Origin: Alphaproteobacteria bacterium
GTDB taxonomy: Bacteria; Pseudomonadota; Alphaproteobacteria; Bin95
Reading direction: 5' to 3'
Assembly: GCA_965205265.1 (NCBI GenBank)
Contig: CBDBGH010000003.1
Coordinates: forward strand, 2,112,001-2,176,000
DNA length: 64,000 bases
Shown here: piece by piece, positions 9,060 through 18,245 of the stretch
How positions within the stretch are numbered: position 1 is the first letter of the stretch
Layout: the number at the start of each line of letters is the position of its first letter
Position numbers and translations under genes: made by a program
Notes under the pieces: model-generated
What the model was told of the DNA's origin: nothing
The model's database searches: none
What the model saw: only the letters and a program-made list of their open reading frames with translations

Positions 9060-10975
9060 CCTGACTTCGACGGTTGATTCGCATAAGTAGTTGATATTGC
9101 CTGGTTCTCATTTCGGCTAGGCACTACATCCGGCATTTCTTCGAGCCGTGCTTCGTCGACGGTCAGGCGAGTTGATACGGGGTGATCGTCAGGGGCAGCC
9201 CCATGGTTGCGTAAATCTGCTCCGCCGCCGGTGTCGGCTTCGAGGGGATGACGTAGCGGTTGCCCGATTGCCGACAGCGCAGCAGGGAGCACTGGCGGTG
9301 GACGAGGGCGGAGCGGATGACCTCCGGGGACATCCGCCGCTTCTGGATGGCGACGCGGTACGCAAGGTGTCGAACGCAGGCGAAGGCCAGGAAGGCGATG
9401 GCGATGTGAGCGCGGATCCGGTCCGGGTTCCAGTGCCAGATGGGACGTATCTTCAGGTCGTGTTTGGTGATCCGGAAGCTCTCCTCGACCTGCCAGAGCC
9501 CCTGGTAGTGAGCCATCACTTCGGTGACGCGCGCGTCGCGCAGATTGGTGATGACGCCGGTGAGCCCGTCCCATCGTGCGGCCTCGGCGATCTTCTCCGG
9601 GTTCACCGTGAGCCGTGCGTCGCCCTCGACGGCGATGAAGCGCTTCGCCCCGTGATTGGAGAGCAGTTCCCTGGGATTGTCGCTGCGGGCCAGCCTGTCG
9701 AGCAGGCGTTCCACCTGATGGCGGCGCTCGTGCGCGTCCTTGCGTGCGCGCTGGGGGCAGAAGACGACGATCAGGCGACGGCCCTTGTACTCCCACTCGC
9801 CGACCCGGCGGTCCTGTGAGCCCTCCAGCGGGGCATAGGTCCCGGGGTCGAGAACCTGCCCCAGCAGCGCGAGCGGCAGCTTGCGCAGCCGCGCGCCGAC
9901 GACATACTCGCCGCCGATGGCGTCCATGGCGTCGAGGTTGTCGGCGCTCAGCATGCCCCGGTCGGCCACGCATACCGTGCGCTCCACCTGGTGGCGGCGC
10001 TGCATGTCCTGCAGGACCGGGACCATGCTGTGTCCCTCGTAGGTGGCGCCGGGGAAGACCTCGTAGCTGATCGGCAGCCCTTCGCGCGTCACCATCAGCG
10101 CCAGCAGAACCTGCGAGTCCTTGTGTTTGCCGTCCTTGCTGAAGCCGTGCTGGCGAAGCTCGTCCTCGGCGGCCGTCTCGAAGTAGAGCGTGGTGCAATC
10201 GAAGAAGAGGATCGCGACCGGCTCCGGCAGCAGCGACCGGCTCGCCTCGCCGACGCGCGTGCGCAGTCGCTCGATCACCGTCGCGTCGAGCTGATCCATC
10301 ATCCGGTAGACCTTCTCGAGCGGAAGACTCACGCCGAAGTCCTCCTCGAGCCGGCGCACGCTGCCCCGCTTGCTGTCGGGGTTGGCTACCCGCGCCATCA
10401 CCACATGGAACAGCGCGTCATGGGAGGCCCGGTAGCGCGAGCGCGGCAGCAGCGCGTCGAGGCCCAGCAGCCGGTAGATCTCGCCATAGACCTCGTGGAT
10501 GCCTGTGATCAGGCGCTGCTCCTCTTCAAGCTGCTTGAGGTCGACCGGGAGTTCCTCCTTGCCGTCCCCCCGGCGGCCGACACGGATCGCCTGCTCAGCG
10601 ATCTTCTCGGGCGCAAACAATGCCGGCTGACGCTCGTCCTCCAGCTTCGCCTTGACGTACTCGCCGAGCTGCCTCAGGCGCTCGAGCTCGTCCTCGTCCA
10701 TGGCCACGCCGACATGGCGGACGATGCGCTGTCGGACCTTGCCGCCGTCGCGCACGGCCTCGACGATCTGGACCGAGCGTCGCGGGCTGTTGGGGGAGGT
10801 CTTGATGCGCACGAACATGGGGGGAGTGTAGCGCGTGGCGGAGGCATTGACAGTCTCAAAGATTTACTAGGCACTACAACGCAGCTTGACCGCACCGCAA
10901 CTGCCAACTCATTGGCTTTACTGAAAACTCCAGACGCGAGATCGGTCAGAAGTCAGCCCAACCGTCGAAGTCAGG
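9060..10975 (-). mobile_element. IS1634-family insertion sequence, copy 1 (1916 bp), 93-bp flanking direct repeat
   Basis: TIR CCTGACTTCGACGGTT; duplication 8967-9059 = 10976-11068. Confidence 0.93.
9163..10818 (-). CDS. IS1634-family DDE transposase
   Basis: FFDCTTLYFE, GFSKD, VADRGM, YQGLWQVEESFRITK, RPIWHW. Confidence 0.92.
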   Translation of the reverse strand: MFVRIKTSPNSPRRSVQIVEAVRDGGKVRQRIVRHVGVAMDEDELERLRQLGEYVKAKLEDERQPALFAPEKIAEQAIRVGRRGDGKEELPVDLKQLEEEQRLITGIHEVYGEIYRLLGLDALLPRSRYRASHDALFHVVMARVANPDSKRGSVRRLEEDFGVSLPLEKVYRMMDQLDATVIERLRTRVGEASRSLLPEPVAILFFDCTTLYFETAAEDELRQHGFSKDGKHKDSQVLLALMVTREGLPISYEVFPGATYEGHSMVPVLQDMQRRHQVERTVCVADRGMLSADNLDAMDAIGGEYVVGARLRKLPLALLGQVLDPGTYAPLEGSQDRRVGEWEYKGRRLIVVFCPQRARKDAHERRHQVERLLDRLARSDNPRELLSNHGAKRFIAVEGDARLTVNPEKIAEAARWDGLTGVITNLRDARVTEVMAHYQGLWQVEESFRITKHDLKIRPIWHWNPDRIRAHIAIAFLAFACVRHLAYRVAIQKRRMSPEVIRSALVHRQCSLLRCRQSGNRYVIPSKPTPAAEQIYATMGLPLTITPYQLA

Positions 10976-11473
10976 AGTGTTCATCGCCATATCCATGTAT
11001 GCGAGCTGGATGTCCGTTAGTCCTCTCGCAACACAGGGGAGCATCGCATCGGATGTCTCGGCGCACCGGATTCTGTCGGACCTGTCGGCATTTAGCGGTT
11101 GCCGCATTGTCGCCGCCGGGGACCTGAACATGTTCTACGGGGCGTGCGGAAAAAGGTTGTCCATGCCCTGTCGCGAGCGAACGGTCTGGGAGCGGTTTAA
11201 GGCCCTCGGGCTCGAACTCCTGGGGCCGCAACTTCCGAATGGCCGTCCATCGGCGAAGCCTCAGCCCGACGTTCCGGCGGATACCGGAAATGTCCCGACA
11301 TACTATACCCCAAAGGAGAAATGTCCGGCGAACGCCCGCCGTCAACTTGACTACGCCTTCGCCTCGCGCGGCTTCCACAAACAGGTGAAGGTCCGCGCGC
11401 TCAACGGCATTGACGAGTGGGGTCCGAGCGACCATTGCCGGCTGCTGATCGAGGTCGCCGCGGGCTGAAGGCT

Positions 11474-11539
11474 TCCCTTCCGCCAGCATAGCGCGCGCAG
11501 GGCGCAGGGCGTATAGGCCGCCGGCGCGAAAGGAGGGGG
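11474..11539. repeat. Promoter-like intergenic repeat, copy 2
   Basis: Near-identical to 8553-8618. Confidence 0.85.
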
Positions 11540-11546
11540 GCTGAGA

Positions 11547-12806
11547 TTGATCCGGGTCATAAGCTGGAATGTCGCCAAACGGGGCGCCCCATGGCGCTGG
11601 CTGGCGAAAATGGCGGAGCGCGGCGAGGCCGATGTCGCGCTGCTACAGGAAGCCAGGAGCCCGCCGGAAGGTCTACCGCACCCGGTTCGCTACGAGAACG
11701 AAATGCACTGGGACCGGTCCTTCTTCGACCGCTGGCCCTTGGTGGTCCAGTTGTCGGACCGGGTCGAGGTCGAATGGTTCCGGCAGGTTCCACCGTGGAG
11801 CGAACTGGGCGAGCGGGAGATCGGCTCCAGCGGCATTGGGATAATGGCTGCCGCGAGAGTGGCGCCGGTCGGAAGGCCGGAACAGGCATTCATCGCAATC
11901 TCGATGTATGCGCGATGGACGAGATCTCATCCGTCCGTCGGAAGGAACCCGATGATCCACGTCGATCTCTCGGCGCACCGTATCCTCTCGGACCTGTCGA
12001 CCTTCATCAACTATGCGGACCCTTCCCGACACCGCATTCTCGCAGCGGGTGACCTCAATCTGGTCTACACCACAACGGGCGACGGCCCGTCGTTCAGGCG
12101 CTATCGCACTGTGTGGGACCGCTTCGAGGCGCTCGGCCTTGAGTTCCTCGGGCCGCAGGCCCCGAACGGACGCCAGCCGGGGCTGCCCCAGCCGGGTACG
12201 AGCGCCGATACGAAGAATGTTCCGACATACTACACCGCGCGCCAGAGACGCGCGGAGAACGCGGTCCGCCAACTGGACTATGTCTTCGCCTCGCGCGGCT
12301 TCCACGAACAGGTTGCGGTGCGGGCGCTCAATGGCGTGGAGGAGTGGGGTCCGAGCGACCATTGCCGGTTGTCGATCGAGATATCCGCGCCCAAGCCGCC
12401 GGTTCCGCGCCGCAGGCTCACTGTTGACGCGGTCCGCCACCGGGCTGTCGATGCGGGCGTAGGCGTGCAGTTCGACCGTTTCGTGGCGATGGCGGAGAAA
12501 GCCGGTCTGTGGGTTCGGCCGTGGGCCTTGTCCGTGACAATCGCGCCGCCGAACCAACGCAACCGGACCCTGATGTATGCGCGATCGGAGTCCGGCGACG
12601 AGGGCGGCAGGTTGCATATCTGGGTCGCACCGGGACCGCTTGTCGAGTTCTTTCCGCATCTGCGCGAACAGGAGATTATCGAGGCTCTGGCTATGAGCGA
12701 GTCGGACTGGCAGAGTTCGGGCGGCGAGAAACTCGACGAGCTCCTCGACCGAATCGAGCGTTTCCTGAAGGACGAGCTCCCGCAGCCGGACGCCGGCGGC
12801 GGGTAG
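11547..12806 (+). CDS. EEP family nuclease/phosphatase with a ~135-aa C-terminal extension of unknown function
   Basis: SWNV, LQE, GDLN, LDY, SDH; paralog of the 8626 gene; TTG start after AGGAGG. Confidence 0.88.
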   Translation: MIRVISWNVAKRGAPWRWLAKMAERGEADVALLQEARSPPEGLPHPVRYENEMHWDRSFFDRWPLVVQLSDRVEVEWFRQVPPWSELGEREIGSSGIGIMAAARVAPVGRPEQAFIAISMYARWTRSHPSVGRNPMIHVDLSAHRILSDLSTFINYADPSRHRILAAGDLNLVYTTTGDGPSFRRYRTVWDRFEALGLEFLGPQAPNGRQPGLPQPGTSADTKNVPTYYTARQRRAENAVRQLDYVFASRGFHEQVAVRALNGVEEWGPSDHCRLSIEISAPKPPVPRRRLTVDAVRHRAVDAGVGVQFDRFVAMAEKAGLWVRPWALSVTIAPPNQRNRTLMYARSESGDEGGRLHIWVAPGPLVEFFPHLREQEIIEALAMSESDWQSSGGEKLDELLDRIERFLKDELPQPDAGGG

Positions 12807-12810
12807 CGCG

Positions 12811-12851
12811 CCCGCCATAGCGCGCGCCGGGCGCAGGGCGTATAAGCCGCC
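12811..12851. repeat. Promoter-like intergenic repeat, copy 3 (core only)
   Basis: CATAGCGCGCGCCGGGCGCAGGGCGTATAAGCCGCC directly before the MFS ATG. Confidence 0.8.
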
Positions 12852-12858
12852 CGCACCC

Positions 12859-14403
12859 ATGTCCGACACCGCCGCCCCCGCCGCGCCCGCCGCCGCGCAG
12901 CCCGAATACACCGAGCTGCAGCGCTGGCTGACGCTGATAACGGTCACGCTCGCCACCACGCTCTACGCGATGACGGTGACGATCGCCAATGTGGCCCTGC
13001 CCAAGATGCAGGGCACCTTCGGCGCGACCCAGGACGAGATCGCCTGGGTCGTCACCTTCAACATCATCGCCACGGCCGTGATGACGCCGGCCACCGGCTG
13101 GCTGGCGGAAAAGGTCGGGCGGCGCAATGTCATGGTCTGGGGCATCGCGGTCTTCACCCTGGTCTCCGCCGGCTGCGGCCTCGCCGAGAGCCTGGAGCAG
13201 CTGGTCTTCTTCCGCATCCTGCAGGGGCTTGCGGGCGCGCCGCTGGTGCCCGTCAGCCAGGCCATCGTGATGACGATCTTCCCGCGCGAGCGCCACGGCA
13301 CCGCGCTCGCGGTCTGGGGCATCGGCGTCACCATCGGGCCGATCATCGCGCCGACGCTCGGCGGCTATGTCACCGAGCTCTACAACTGGCGCTGGATCTT
13401 CTTCCTGCTGGTGCCGGTGGGCATGGTCGCGTTCCTCTGCGCGGCCGCCTTTGTGCGCCGCCGCGCGCAGCGCCACCCGACGACGCTCGACTGGACGGGC
13501 TTCATCGCGCTCTCGCTCGCCATCGCCGCCCTGCAGCTCATGCTCGACCGGGGCGAGCGGCTCGGCTGGTTCAACTCCAACGAGATCGTCCTTGAGGCGT
13601 TCGTCGCCTGCCTCGCCTTCTATGTGTTCGTCGCCCACATCTTCACGACCGACCGCCCCTTCCTGCAGCCGCGCATCCTCACCAACCGCAATTTCGTCAT
13701 CGGGCTGGCGCTCACCTTCGTGTTCGGCCTGCTCAATTTCACGCCCATGGTGCTGTTCCCCTCGCTGCTGCAGGGCCTGCGCGGCTATCCGGACAGCATC
13801 ATCGGCTACCTGCTGGCGGTGCGGGGCCTCGGCACCTTCTGCGGCTTCCTGTTCATCATGTTCTACGGCCAGCGCATCGATCCGCGCCTGCTGCTGCTCG
13901 CGGGCTTCCTCACCCAGGGCATTTCCGGGCTCGCCATGGCACAGTTCGACATCAACCTCACCACCTTCGGCGTCGCCTGGACTTCCATGCTGCAGGGCTT
14001 CGGCGTCGGGCTGATCTGGGTGCCGCTCTCGATCGCGACCTTCTGGACGCTCGCGCCCCAGGACATGACCGAAGGCACGGCGGTCTTCCACCTCATGCGC
14101 AATATCGGCTCGTCCATCCACATCTCGCTGTCGGTGGCGCTGGTGATCCACACGGCCAAGATGAGCTATTCCGAGCTTTCCAGCTTCGCGACGCCTTACA
14201 ACGACGCGCTCGGCCGGGCCGCGTCGGAGGGACCGTGGAGCCTGGAGGGCGGGGCCGGCATGGCGGCGCTGGTGCGCGAGATCGGCCGCCAGGCGCAGAT
14301 GATCGGCTATGTGAACGCCTTCTACTTCTTCGCCGCCACGGCCTTCGTGTGCATCCCGCTCCTCTTCTTCGTCCGCAAGCCGACGGCGGCGACGGCGGGG
14401 TAA
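12859..14403 (+). CDS. DHA2 (EmrB/QacA) family MFS efflux permease
   Basis: TIANVALP, GWLAEKVGRR, GPIIAPTLGG, WRWIF, LDRGE. Confidence 0.92.
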   Translation: MSDTAAPAAPAAAQPEYTELQRWLTLITVTLATTLYAMTVTIANVALPKMQGTFGATQDEIAWVVTFNIIATAVMTPATGWLAEKVGRRNVMVWGIAVFTLVSAGCGLAESLEQLVFFRILQGLAGAPLVPVSQAIVMTIFPRERHGTALAVWGIGVTIGPIIAPTLGGYVTELYNWRWIFFLLVPVGMVAFLCAAAFVRRRAQRHPTTLDWTGFIALSLAIAALQLMLDRGERLGWFNSNEIVLEAFVACLAFYVFVAHIFTTDRPFLQPRILTNRNFVIGLALTFVFGLLNFTPMVLFPSLLQGLRGYPDSIIGYLLAVRGLGTFCGFLFIMFYGQRIDPRLLLLAGFLTQGISGLAMAQFDINLTTFGVAWTSMLQGFGVGLIWVPLSIATFWTLAPQDMTEGTAVFHLMRNIGSSIHISLSVALVIHTAKMSYSELSSFATPYNDALGRAASEGPWSLEGGAGMAALVREIGRQAQMIGYVNAFYFFAATAFVCIPLLFFVRKPTAATAG

Positions 14404-14441
14404 TACGAAGCCCGTTCAGGCTGAAACGGAAGTCCGGCCGT

Positions 14442-14592
14442 CCCTCGATACGCGGCTGTGCCGCTACTCGGGATGAGGGAAGCCCAGGAGCTCTGCGTTC
14501 CTCCCTGTCCCTTACCCTGAGTAGCGCCCGCGCCGCGTCGTCCCATTCCTTACCCTGAGTAGCGTCTGCGTCAGCGGGCGCGTATCGAAGGG
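14442..14592. repeat. Intergenic palindromic (REP/RIME-like) element
   Basis: Inverted arms TCGATACGC / GCGTATCGA and GCTACTC / GAGTAGC; internal 17-bp direct repeat CCTTACCCTGAGTAGCG (14510-14526, 14548-14564). Confidence 0.7.
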
Positions 14593-14627
14593 CCGCCGCG
14601 GCGCTTGAGGGCAGTCGATGGTTACCG

Positions 14628-15503
14628 CTACGGCCCGCCCGCCGCCGCGACGACCGCCGCCAGCCCCCGCCAGTCCGGCGGGCCGGCGGCGGCTATCGGC
14701 TGGATGCAGACCTGGTCGGCGCCGGCGTCGAAATGCGCGCGGAGCCGCGCGGCCACGTCCCCGGCGCTGCCCCATGCGACCATGGCGTCCATCAGCCGGT
14801 CGGAGCCGCCGTTCTCCATGTCCTCCGTCCCGAAGCCGCTGCGGAGCCAGTTGTTGCGGTAATTGTCGAGCGTCATGTAGCGCGCGAGTTCCTTGCGCGC
14901 CGCCGCCCGCGCCGCGCCGGCGTCTTCTGAGAGGCAGATTTTCTGCTCGACCGCGAGCCAGCGGCCGGGGCCGAGCATGGCGCGGGCGCGTTCCGTGTGC
15001 TCCGGCGTGACATTGTAGGGGATGGCCCCCCGGCAGAGTTCTGCGGCGAGTTCCAGCATGCGCGGCCCGAGCGCGGCGATCACGACGGGCCGGTCCGGAT
15101 CGTCGAGCGGCGGCCCGTCGGCGGCAGCGATGCCCTCCAGGTAACGCCGCATGGTCGCCACGGGGCCGGCGTAGCGGTGGCCGCGCAGGCCCTCGACCAG
15201 CGGCGGGTGGCTGACGCCGAGGCCGAGCACGAAGCGCCCGCCGGAGAGGTCCGCCAGCGTGCGCCGCCCGTTGCGCGCCGTGACGGGATCGCGGGCGTAG
15301 ATATTGGCGATGGAGCTGCCGACCGCGATCCGCGAGGACTGCGCCAGCAGGAAGCTCGCCAGCGCGAGGCTCTCGTAACCCGTCGATTCCGGATACCAGA
15401 GATGCGAGCAACCGAGCGCCTCCGCGCTCCGCACCAGATCACCGAGCCCCGCCCCGTCCAGCCGGTCGGTCGGATACCAGAAGCCGAAACGTCCGTAATG
15501 CAT
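14628..15503 (-). CDS. LLM-class (putatively F420-dependent) oxidoreductase
   Basis: IANIYARD, GRFVLGLGVSH, AALGPRML, HFDAGADQV. Confidence 0.88.
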   Translation of the reverse strand: MHYGRFGFWYPTDRLDGAGLGDLVRSAEALGCSHLWYPESTGYESLALASFLLAQSSRIAVGSSIANIYARDPVTARNGRRTLADLSGGRFVLGLGVSHPPLVEGLRGHRYAGPVATMRRYLEGIAAADGPPLDDPDRPVVIAALGPRMLELAAELCRGAIPYNVTPEHTERARAMLGPGRWLAVEQKICLSEDAGAARAAARKELARYMTLDNYRNNWLRSGFGTEDMENGGSDRLMDAMVAWGSAGDVAARLRAHFDAGADQVCIQPIAAAGPPDWRGLAAVVAAAGGP

Positions 15504-15609
15504 GTCGGGAATGTTCCTTTCCGTCGGGGCGCTGCGCCGTCTCCCGCAGCATAACGCATGGGAGAAGGCGCCAGAGAGGGGCTGCCCGGGCTTGAGTCAT
15601 GAGGCTCCT

Positions 15610-15624
15610 TTACGCAAAACGTAA
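15610..15624. promoter_or_regulatory. Palindromic operator upstream of higBA
   Basis: TTACG-caaaa-CGTAA ending 21 bp before the toxin ATG. Confidence 0.6.
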
Positions 15625-15645
15625 CGGCGGCTAAGGTTCACGCAA

Positions 15646-15924
15646 ATGATAAGGAGCTTCAGGGACAGGGAGACGAGGCGTTTCTTCGAAGGCCGGCGTG
15701 TCGCCGCTTTTCACGGCATCGCCGAGCGGGCAGCCCGCCGGCTGACCCTGTTGGACAGCGCGGAGACGCTACGCGACCTCGCTGCGCTGCCGAGCAACCG
15801 GCTGGAAACGCTGCGCGGCGACCGCGCCGGCCAGCACAGCATCCGGATTAACAGGCAATGGCGCATTTGTTTCCGCTGGACCGACGAAGGACCGTGCAAC
15901 GTGGAAATCGTGGACTACCATTGA
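15646..15924 (+). CDS. higB: HigB (RelE/ParE family) toxin
   Basis: MIRSFRD...RLETLRGDRAGQHSIRINRQWRICF...EIVDYH. Confidence 0.93.
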   Translation: MIRSFRDRETRRFFEGRRVAAFHGIAERAARRLTLLDSAETLRDLAALPSNRLETLRGDRAGQHSIRINRQWRICFRWTDEGPCNVEIVDYH

Positions 15925-15943
15925 ACACTGAAGGGGTGCGGGC

Positions 15944-16249
15944 ATGAATGCGAGGAATGGCATGCGGCCGGTCCATCCGGGCGAAGTTCTGCGCGAGGAA
16001 CTTGATGAACTCGGCCTCTCGGCCAATGCGCTGGCGAGGGCGCTCGGCGTACCGACTAATCGGGTGACGGCAATCCTGAACGGCCAGAGAGGCGTGAGCG
16101 CCGACACGGCGCTCAGGCTTGCGCGGTATTTCGGCACCACGCCGCAGCTTTGGATGAACCTGCAAAAGACCTGGGAGCTTCGCCGGGCGGAAATCGAGTT
16201 GGGCCGGGAGATCGCGGCATGCGTGACGCCCCGGCAATCGGCTGCGTAG
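15944..16249 (+). CDS. higA: HigA antitoxin (Xre HTH)
   Basis: HPGEVLREE, ADTALRLARYFGTTPQLWMNLQ; toxin-first order. Confidence 0.93.
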   Translation: MNARNGMRPVHPGEVLREELDELGLSANALARALGVPTNRVTAILNGQRGVSADTALRLARYFGTTPQLWMNLQKTWELRRAEIELGREIAACVTPRQSAA

Positions 16250-16301
16250 CTTATATGCGACCGGTCGGGAGCGTGTCCCGCCCGACCTGGCAGGGAAACC
16301 G

Positions 16302-16586
16302 TCAGCCGGCCTTTTCGGTGGTCGGGTCGATGGTCTTGCCGATGGGCGTCACCTTCGTCGCGGGGAAGCCGCTCATCTCGGCATGCCTGTGGATGATGGC
16401 TTCGTCCTTGGCCAGATAGACGCAGAAGGTCTTGTCCGCGGCGACGAAGCTCTCCACCCACTGGATGTCCGGCCCGAGCGCCGTCAGCACCTCGTTCGAC
16501 TTCGCCGCGGCCTCCGCCAACTGCCGGCGCTCCAGCGTCCCGACCTCGGGAATGTCGCGTTCGATGATGTATCTGTTGAGCGCCAT
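16302..16586 (-). CDS. DUF4242 domain protein
   Basis: YIIERDIP...IQWVESFV..DKTFCVY...HAEMSGFPA. Confidence 0.85.
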   Translation of the reverse strand: MALNRYIIERDIPEVGTLERRQLAEAAAKSNEVLTALGPDIQWVESFVAADKTFCVYLAKDEAIIHRHAEMSGFPATKVTPIGKTIDPTTEKAG

Positions 16587-16726
16587 GACGCCCTCCCGTC
16601 TTCCTGTTCGCGGGTGCCGCGGCCCAAGCGCGCGGCGGAGGCGCAGGTTAGCGCAATTCCGCTGGCGGCGGCTCGACGCCGCGTGCGGCGCCTGCGACAA
16701 TACGCGGCTGAGGAGGAGCCGCACCC

Positions 16727-17146
16727 ATGTCCGAAGCCATGACCGAAGCGAAGATCGTCCGCCTTTCCGAGACGGAGACCGTGCCGTTTGCGCCGGATTC
16801 CTTCTACAACCCCATCCTGCTCGGCGAGGAGGCCGGATTCCCGATCCGGGTCGGCATCCAGACAGCCGAGCCCGGCTACGAGCCGGGGCTGCATGCACAC
16901 CCCTATGTCGAGATCCTGCACATCCTGGAAGGCAGCTGCGATGTCTGGCTGGAGGGCGCGGAGGAGGACCGGACTCGCCTCGAAGCCGGCGACACGGTCG
17001 CCCTGCCCCCGGAGCGCCGGCATAATTTCGCTGCCGTCGGCGACAGGCCGATGCGGCTCATGGGCATCCACCTCAGCCCGAAGCGGATCGTGAACTACCG
17101 CGACGGCGCGTCCGACGAGCACGGCTACCCGATCCACCGCCGGTGA
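16727..17146 (+). CDS. Cupin domain protein
   Basis: HAHPYVE...LEG...GD...P..RH. Confidence 0.85.
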   Translation: MSEAMTEAKIVRLSETETVPFAPDSFYNPILLGEEAGFPIRVGIQTAEPGYEPGLHAHPYVEILHILEGSCDVWLEGAEEDRTRLEAGDTVALPPERRHNFAAVGDRPMRLMGIHLSPKRIVNYRDGASDEHGYPIHRR

Positions 17147-18192
17147 GCGATGTCGCGGCGGCGGCCGCCCGCCTGATCCGCGGCCGGGACGACCTGCGCC
17201 GCCGCCGGGACTATCCGCCGGACCTCTGGCAGGGCCTCGCCGAAGCCGGCCTGCTCGGCCTCACCGTTCCCGGGGAATACGGGGGCCGGGGCCGGGACCT
17301 CGAACGGCTTGCCGACGATTGCCGGGACATGGTGCGCCACGGCCGCAGCCTCGGCGCCATGCTCGCCTGGAAGGTGCATTGCACGCTCTGCCTTTTCGCT
17401 ATCGCCCGCCTCGGCGACGAGGCGCAGAAGCAGGCATGGCTGCCCCGCCTGGCGACGGGCGAAACCACGCTGGCGGCGGCGATCTCAGAGCCCGGCGCCG
17501 GCGCGCACCCCAAATATCTGAAGGCGCGGGCGGAGCAGCAGCCGGACGGCGGCTGGCGGCTCGACGGCGAGAAAGCCTGGATCACCAACGGCCCCGCGGC
17601 CGGCCTCTTCATCGTGGTGGCGGTCAAGGACGAGAGCGGCGGGCGCAAGCGTTTCGGCGCCTTCCTCGCGCCGGCGGACGCGCCGGGCCTTGCGCGCACG
17701 GAGGCCGGCGCGGTCGAGTTCCTGCGCCCGACCGGCCATTGCGGCCTCAGTCTCCACGATGTCCGCCTGCCCGCCTCGGCGGAGCTCGCCCCGGATACCG
17801 ACATATGGAGCGCGTTTGCCCGGCCGCTGCGCAATGTCGAAGACCTGCTGAAGCTGGGTTCGCAGCGGGGCGCGATGGAGGCGCTGCTAGACGATGCGGC
17901 CGCGGCGGGCCTCGACGACGAAACCCTGGGCGGGCTTGCGGCGCGGCTGGTGTCCTTCGAGGCGCTGGCCGCGCTGCCCGGCAGGGACGAGGCCCGCCTG
18001 CTCGCGGCGCGCTACCAGCAGCGCGATTTCCTCCTCGCCTATGAGGCGCTGGAGCTGCCGGAAGACCCGGCGCGGGCGGCGCTGATCGCCGACATGAAGG
18101 CCTCCGGGAGCGTCGCCGGCAGGGTCCATGCCATCCGCCTCGCCGCGCTCGGCCGCGAGACGCGCGGGGCCGCCGCCGCCGATTCCCCCTGA
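17143..18192 (+). CDS. Acyl-CoA dehydrogenase family protein
   Basis: PGEYGG, AISEPGAG, LDGEKAWITNG. Confidence 0.85.
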   Translation: MSDVAAAAARLIRGRDDLRRRRDYPPDLWQGLAEAGLLGLTVPGEYGGRGRDLERLADDCRDMVRHGRSLGAMLAWKVHCTLCLFAIARLGDEAQKQAWLPRLATGETTLAAAISEPGAGAHPKYLKARAEQQPDGGWRLDGEKAWITNGPAAGLFIVVAVKDESGGRKRFGAFLAPADAPGLARTEAGAVEFLRPTGHCGLSLHDVRLPASAELAPDTDIWSAFARPLRNVEDLLKLGSQRGAMEALLDDAAAAGLDDETLGGLAARLVSFEALAALPGRDEARLLAARYQQRDFLLAYEALELPEDPARAALIADMKASGSVAGRVHAIRLAALGRETRGAAAADSP

Positions 18193-18245
18193 AGCGCAAA
18201 GGCTATAGCTTGACCCGCATCCCGGCGCCGGAGAGGAAGCGCGGC

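Larger units (their letters stand above)
8626..11468 (+). pseudogene. Endonuclease/exonuclease/phosphatase (EEP) family gene interrupted by an IS1634-family element
   Basis: Joining 8626-9059 with 11069-11468 gives an intact 277-aa frame with WN, LQE, GDLN, LDY and SDH motifs. Confidence 0.9.

Noticed and set aside
8553-12851. Integron attC cassette array
   Set aside because: The repeats lack RYYYAAC/GTTRRRY ends and palindromy, and there is no integrase; they look like promoters
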